Source of the DNA: Nitrospirota bacterium
GTDB taxonomy: Bacteria > Nitrospirota > Thermodesulfovibrionia > Thermodesulfovibrionales > Dissulfurispiraceae
DNA: 19,196 nt
Assembly: GCA_040758355.1 (NCBI GenBank)
Contig: JBFLWF010000035.1
Coordinates: 1 to 19,196, forward strand
Direction: 5' to 3'
The position numbers were made by a program, and so were the translations under genes. Below are positions 17,601 through 19,196 of this stretch, in pieces. Position 1 is the first letter of the stretch; every line of letters starts with the position of its first letter. The notes under the pieces were generated by a model. The model was not told where the DNA came from, made no database searches, and saw only the letters and a program-made list of their open reading frames with translations.

Positions 17601-17950
17601 AGAGATTGATAAGTGAACCCGATACTTGTAAGACTTGTAGCCACCCCCTCAGAATTATTCAATTTTTTATAGATAGCTAATGCATCACTAAAAAAATGAA
17701 GGGCATTTTCATGCTTATCAAGAGAGTTATAAACCTTACCAATATTAACAAGATTTGCAGCAACGCCTTCATCAAGATTATATGACTGATAAATCCTTAG
17801 GGACTTGTCAAAATGCTCAATCGCATCGCCGTATCTATCTTCTTCTAACGCCTTCTGTCCTTGCTGATACAAAACCAAGGCATTATTAGACGCACAGCCA
17901 ACAAGCTCAAACATAAAAAGGGCTATTAATAAGAGATGCACTTTTCTCAT
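14654..17950 (-). CDS. TPR-CHAT domain protease lipoprotein (caspase clan CD)
   Basis: Start ATG 17950 (MRKVHLLLIALFMFELVGC, lipobox LVGC). More than 10 TPRs at about 40-aa spacing; SESTKARTLLE; IIIVPDGILGLLPFEAL; catalytic YLHFATHA (His codon 15071-15073) and VLSACVTG (Cys codon 14921-14923); AGARSVVVSLWEV; PFYWAPFILHG. Confidence 0.95.
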   Translation of the reverse strand: MRKVHLLLIALFMFELVGCASNNALVLYQQGQKALEEDRYGDAIEHFDKSLRIYQSYNLDEGVAANLVNIGKVYNSLDKHENALHFFSDALAIYKKLNNSEGVATSLTSIGFTYQSLKKYEDALSYHNEALEIYKKLNIPQHIATSLNNIGGVYKSMSDYKKALKYFEDSLEMRKALNIPADITISLDNIGAIYFALSNYDKALQYHEDALKINRNLGIKKRIVTDLNKIGHIYNILGYVDKAMKCHMEALQLVDKINKQNEVKDLKSIATTFNNMAHIAISRGHYADALREFELVLKIDERLNNKEGIALTLHNIAGVYYEIGQYDNAMKFCEKAFNLFKGINVEKHIHLSYSLFGSIYSSIGQYDKALQYYEESLKFRRESNAKHSIAHALSNVGSIYHSVGKYNEALKYREEALKIYKELNIPKGILSSYLDIGAIYLSLKDYKKAEELYRTTEKEYMKIDSTTRIGTPLIVDVYIATGKYNDALKALRNEMPPNLQDATPYRTQYYTQKGVALKGTGNVKNASEEFLKAVTLSEEMRQRVKGEKSGFFGGGSYGGRIRAYIGLVSTLAERVINGEKTDDEFASYGKDLASAVFYFSESTKARTLLEAMAKSAKKSTNTELSADIAKKENGLLTQLSAIENQWEDAYKKGEEAFKELVQRKENLKKELDSLIVLMRKEYPLYAALHYPKPIPAEELPLKENDVLIEYAITDDASYVFVVRKRGVRNLVKIPLGKEALEEKIKAFMEPLNTGKHSQFSVKASKELYNTLLADALKDIKETEKIIIVPDGILGLLPFEALVINAGKDFKDSLFVGDKWTITYTQSATALALNRMLKPSQAKKPLFALGNPVYGKEDPRYIAYKKGQQPILLAQNTDSYAYRGITIKPKEIKITDGKSDIKWEEIVYAPLPETEIEVKEIAKLFNTKPESPDILLNISANETGLKKVQLKDYRYLHFATHADLPGKVQGINEPFLLLGQVENENKDDGFLTMSEVLDMKLDADMAVLSACVTGKGKLVEGEGVANFARAFQHAGARSVVVSLWEVPSKETVEYMTAFYRYLKEGRSRAEALRLARNAIKAKYPNPFYWAPFILHGEGY

Positions 17951-17985
17951 AGGCAATCCTTTTACTTTCAAGCTATTTGAACCCA

Positions 17986-18027
17986 ATTATATCAGCACAA
18001 CCATAGCAGGTAAAGGTAATTTTCACA
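17986..18027 (-). promoter_or_regulatory. Sigma70-like promoter of the CHAT operon with upstream TGTGAAAATTACC element
   Basis: - strand: TGTGAAAATTACC TTTACC (18014-18009) - 17 nt - TATAAT (17991-17986), with TGn extension. Confidence 0.7.
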
Positions 18028-18108
18028 TAGCCCTACACTTCACATGGATAAATACCGGGCATTACGTTTTGCGCCATAATCTGCTCCCTGTTATCTACCT
18101 CAGTTTTA

Positions 18109-19071
18109 TCAGAGGTAATAAACCGGCATAAAGAGAACCTCGGTTCTTCCGACGATTGTTTTACCACGGTAATCTTTTGTCAGCACAATGCCGCGCCCGG
18201 GATTGAATGATTCAATAAAACTTACAAGGCTCCTCGGCGTTTTTTCTTTTTCAAACTTTGAATATTTAACCTCAATAGGAATAACATCTCCTCCGGCATG
18301 CAATACGAAATCCACTTCAGCGCCGGCCTTAGTGCGCCAGAAATTTATCTTATGGATTCCATTGCATAGCCCATTAAGACGAACAAAGACTGCATTTTCT
18401 ATCACTGCGCCGCTGTCTGAGCGCTTATCAAGGCTGTTCATATTCTCTACGAGGCTGTTTCTGAAACCGGTATCGTAAAAAAATATCTTAGGATTTTTCG
18501 ATAATTCTTTTTGCCTGTTCCTAAAAAAAGGACTGACCTCCGCACAAATAAAAGTCTCATCTAATATATTGAGGTGTTTTTTCATTTGCCGATAGTCAAG
18601 ATGCGATATCTGACTCAGGTTCTGATATACCACTATGTTGCCTGTCTGTGCAGCCAGATATTGCGACAGTAAAAAGAGATTTTTATCTGTGGCGAGTTCA
18701 AGAAGTCCTTTGATATCCTTCAACACATAATTGCTGTATATATCATTGAGCACTTTCCTGCGTTCCATATTGGTTTTTGACAACACAACAGATGGATAGC
18801 CTCCCCATATACAGTATTCCTCAAAACGTCCGATCATTTCCTCGGCGAAAATATCTTTACCGGCCCTGAATTTAAAAGGTTTGCCGTCAAACAACCATTT
18901 AATAAGCCCTGCATTATTCTCCTTGTATATCCTATAGAGCCTCTTATCCCTCGCGTTCAGAAACTCTGCGAAATTAAAAGGATATAAGTGAAATGTAAGT
19001 ATACGTCCGACCAGATGCCTGCCCACCTGCGCCTTAATATCAAGCGACGAAGATCCGGTTATTATTATTTT
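18109..19071 (-). pseudogene. AAA+ ATPase (AAA_14 + DUF4143 type), 3' part of an interrupted gene
   Basis: The frame extends upstream of the listed ORF as KIIITGSSSLDIKAQVGRHLVGR, then hits TGA at 19075-19077. Also YPFNFAEFL, WGGYP, PKIFFYDTG, ENAVF, FWRTKAGAEVDFV and PIEVK. The Walker A/B region is absent. Confidence 0.8.
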
Positions 19072-19196
19072 GGCTCATCGTGGAAGAGAGTGGGTAAACC
19101 GATGGACTTGAAGCGGTATAACATGGCTTCAAATAATGGGGAAAGAGCTTTCAAAGGGGCGAGAAAATCCGTATGATTACCGTATGGGAAAAAATA
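19072..19196. mobile_element. Probable insertion sequence end (ISL3-like terminal inverted repeat)
   Basis: GGCTCATCGTGGAAGAGAGTGGGTAAA starts exactly where ATPase homology stops, next to an AT-rich site (ATTATTTT). It resembles GGCTCTTCG...GTGGGTAA ends recalled for ISL3 elements. No transposase is visible in the window. Confidence 0.5.

Noticed and set aside
17951..17986. ORF-track TTG start at 17986 (likewise starts at 959, 5034, 14160, 14657)
   Set aside because: 17986 overlaps the predicted -10 box. Downstream ATGs give better SD or coupling and normal signal peptides.
1064..19176. Numerous antisense or overlapping ORFs in the track (e.g. 1520-1996, 3113-3622, 9229-9789, 13271-13678, 13862-14188, 18988-19176)
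   Set aside because: They shadow well-supported genes and show no recognisable motifs.

Overview
Gene-dense, moderately low-GC window from a diderm bacterium, dominated by exported and cell-envelope proteins. (1) 1-7166 (-): an eight-gene cluster encoding a FlgT_N protein, a CsgG-type protein, a TPR+SLH lipoprotein, an LPP20/FlgP-like protein, two FlgO/CsgG-fold proteins (one fused to a CIA30/CBM-like domain), a YajG-like lipoprotein and, missing from the ORF track, the N-terminus of a lipoprotein with a caspase-like (peptidase C14) domain that runs off the left edge. (2) A Crp/Fnr regulator (-) divergent from an Mla/MCE-like operon (+): MlaE, an ABC-ATPase homologue with all catalytic motifs degenerate, an MCE protein, a TPR lipoprotein and a YihY-cNMP fusion. 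(3) 12547-17950 (-): a large TPR-CHAT protease lipoprotein followed by three tightly coupled small exported/membrane genes and a YdjM-like hydrolase. (4) An AAA+DUF4143 ATPase gene cut at its 5' end by a probable ISL3-like element end. Three sigma70-like promoters share an element abutting the -35 box (two share an identical 18-mer 13 kb apart). This suggests the FlgT/CsgG/caspase cluster and the CHAT operon form one regulon, possibly an undescribed envelope complex with exported caspase-clan proteases. Family assignments come from motif recognition by eye, not from database searches.
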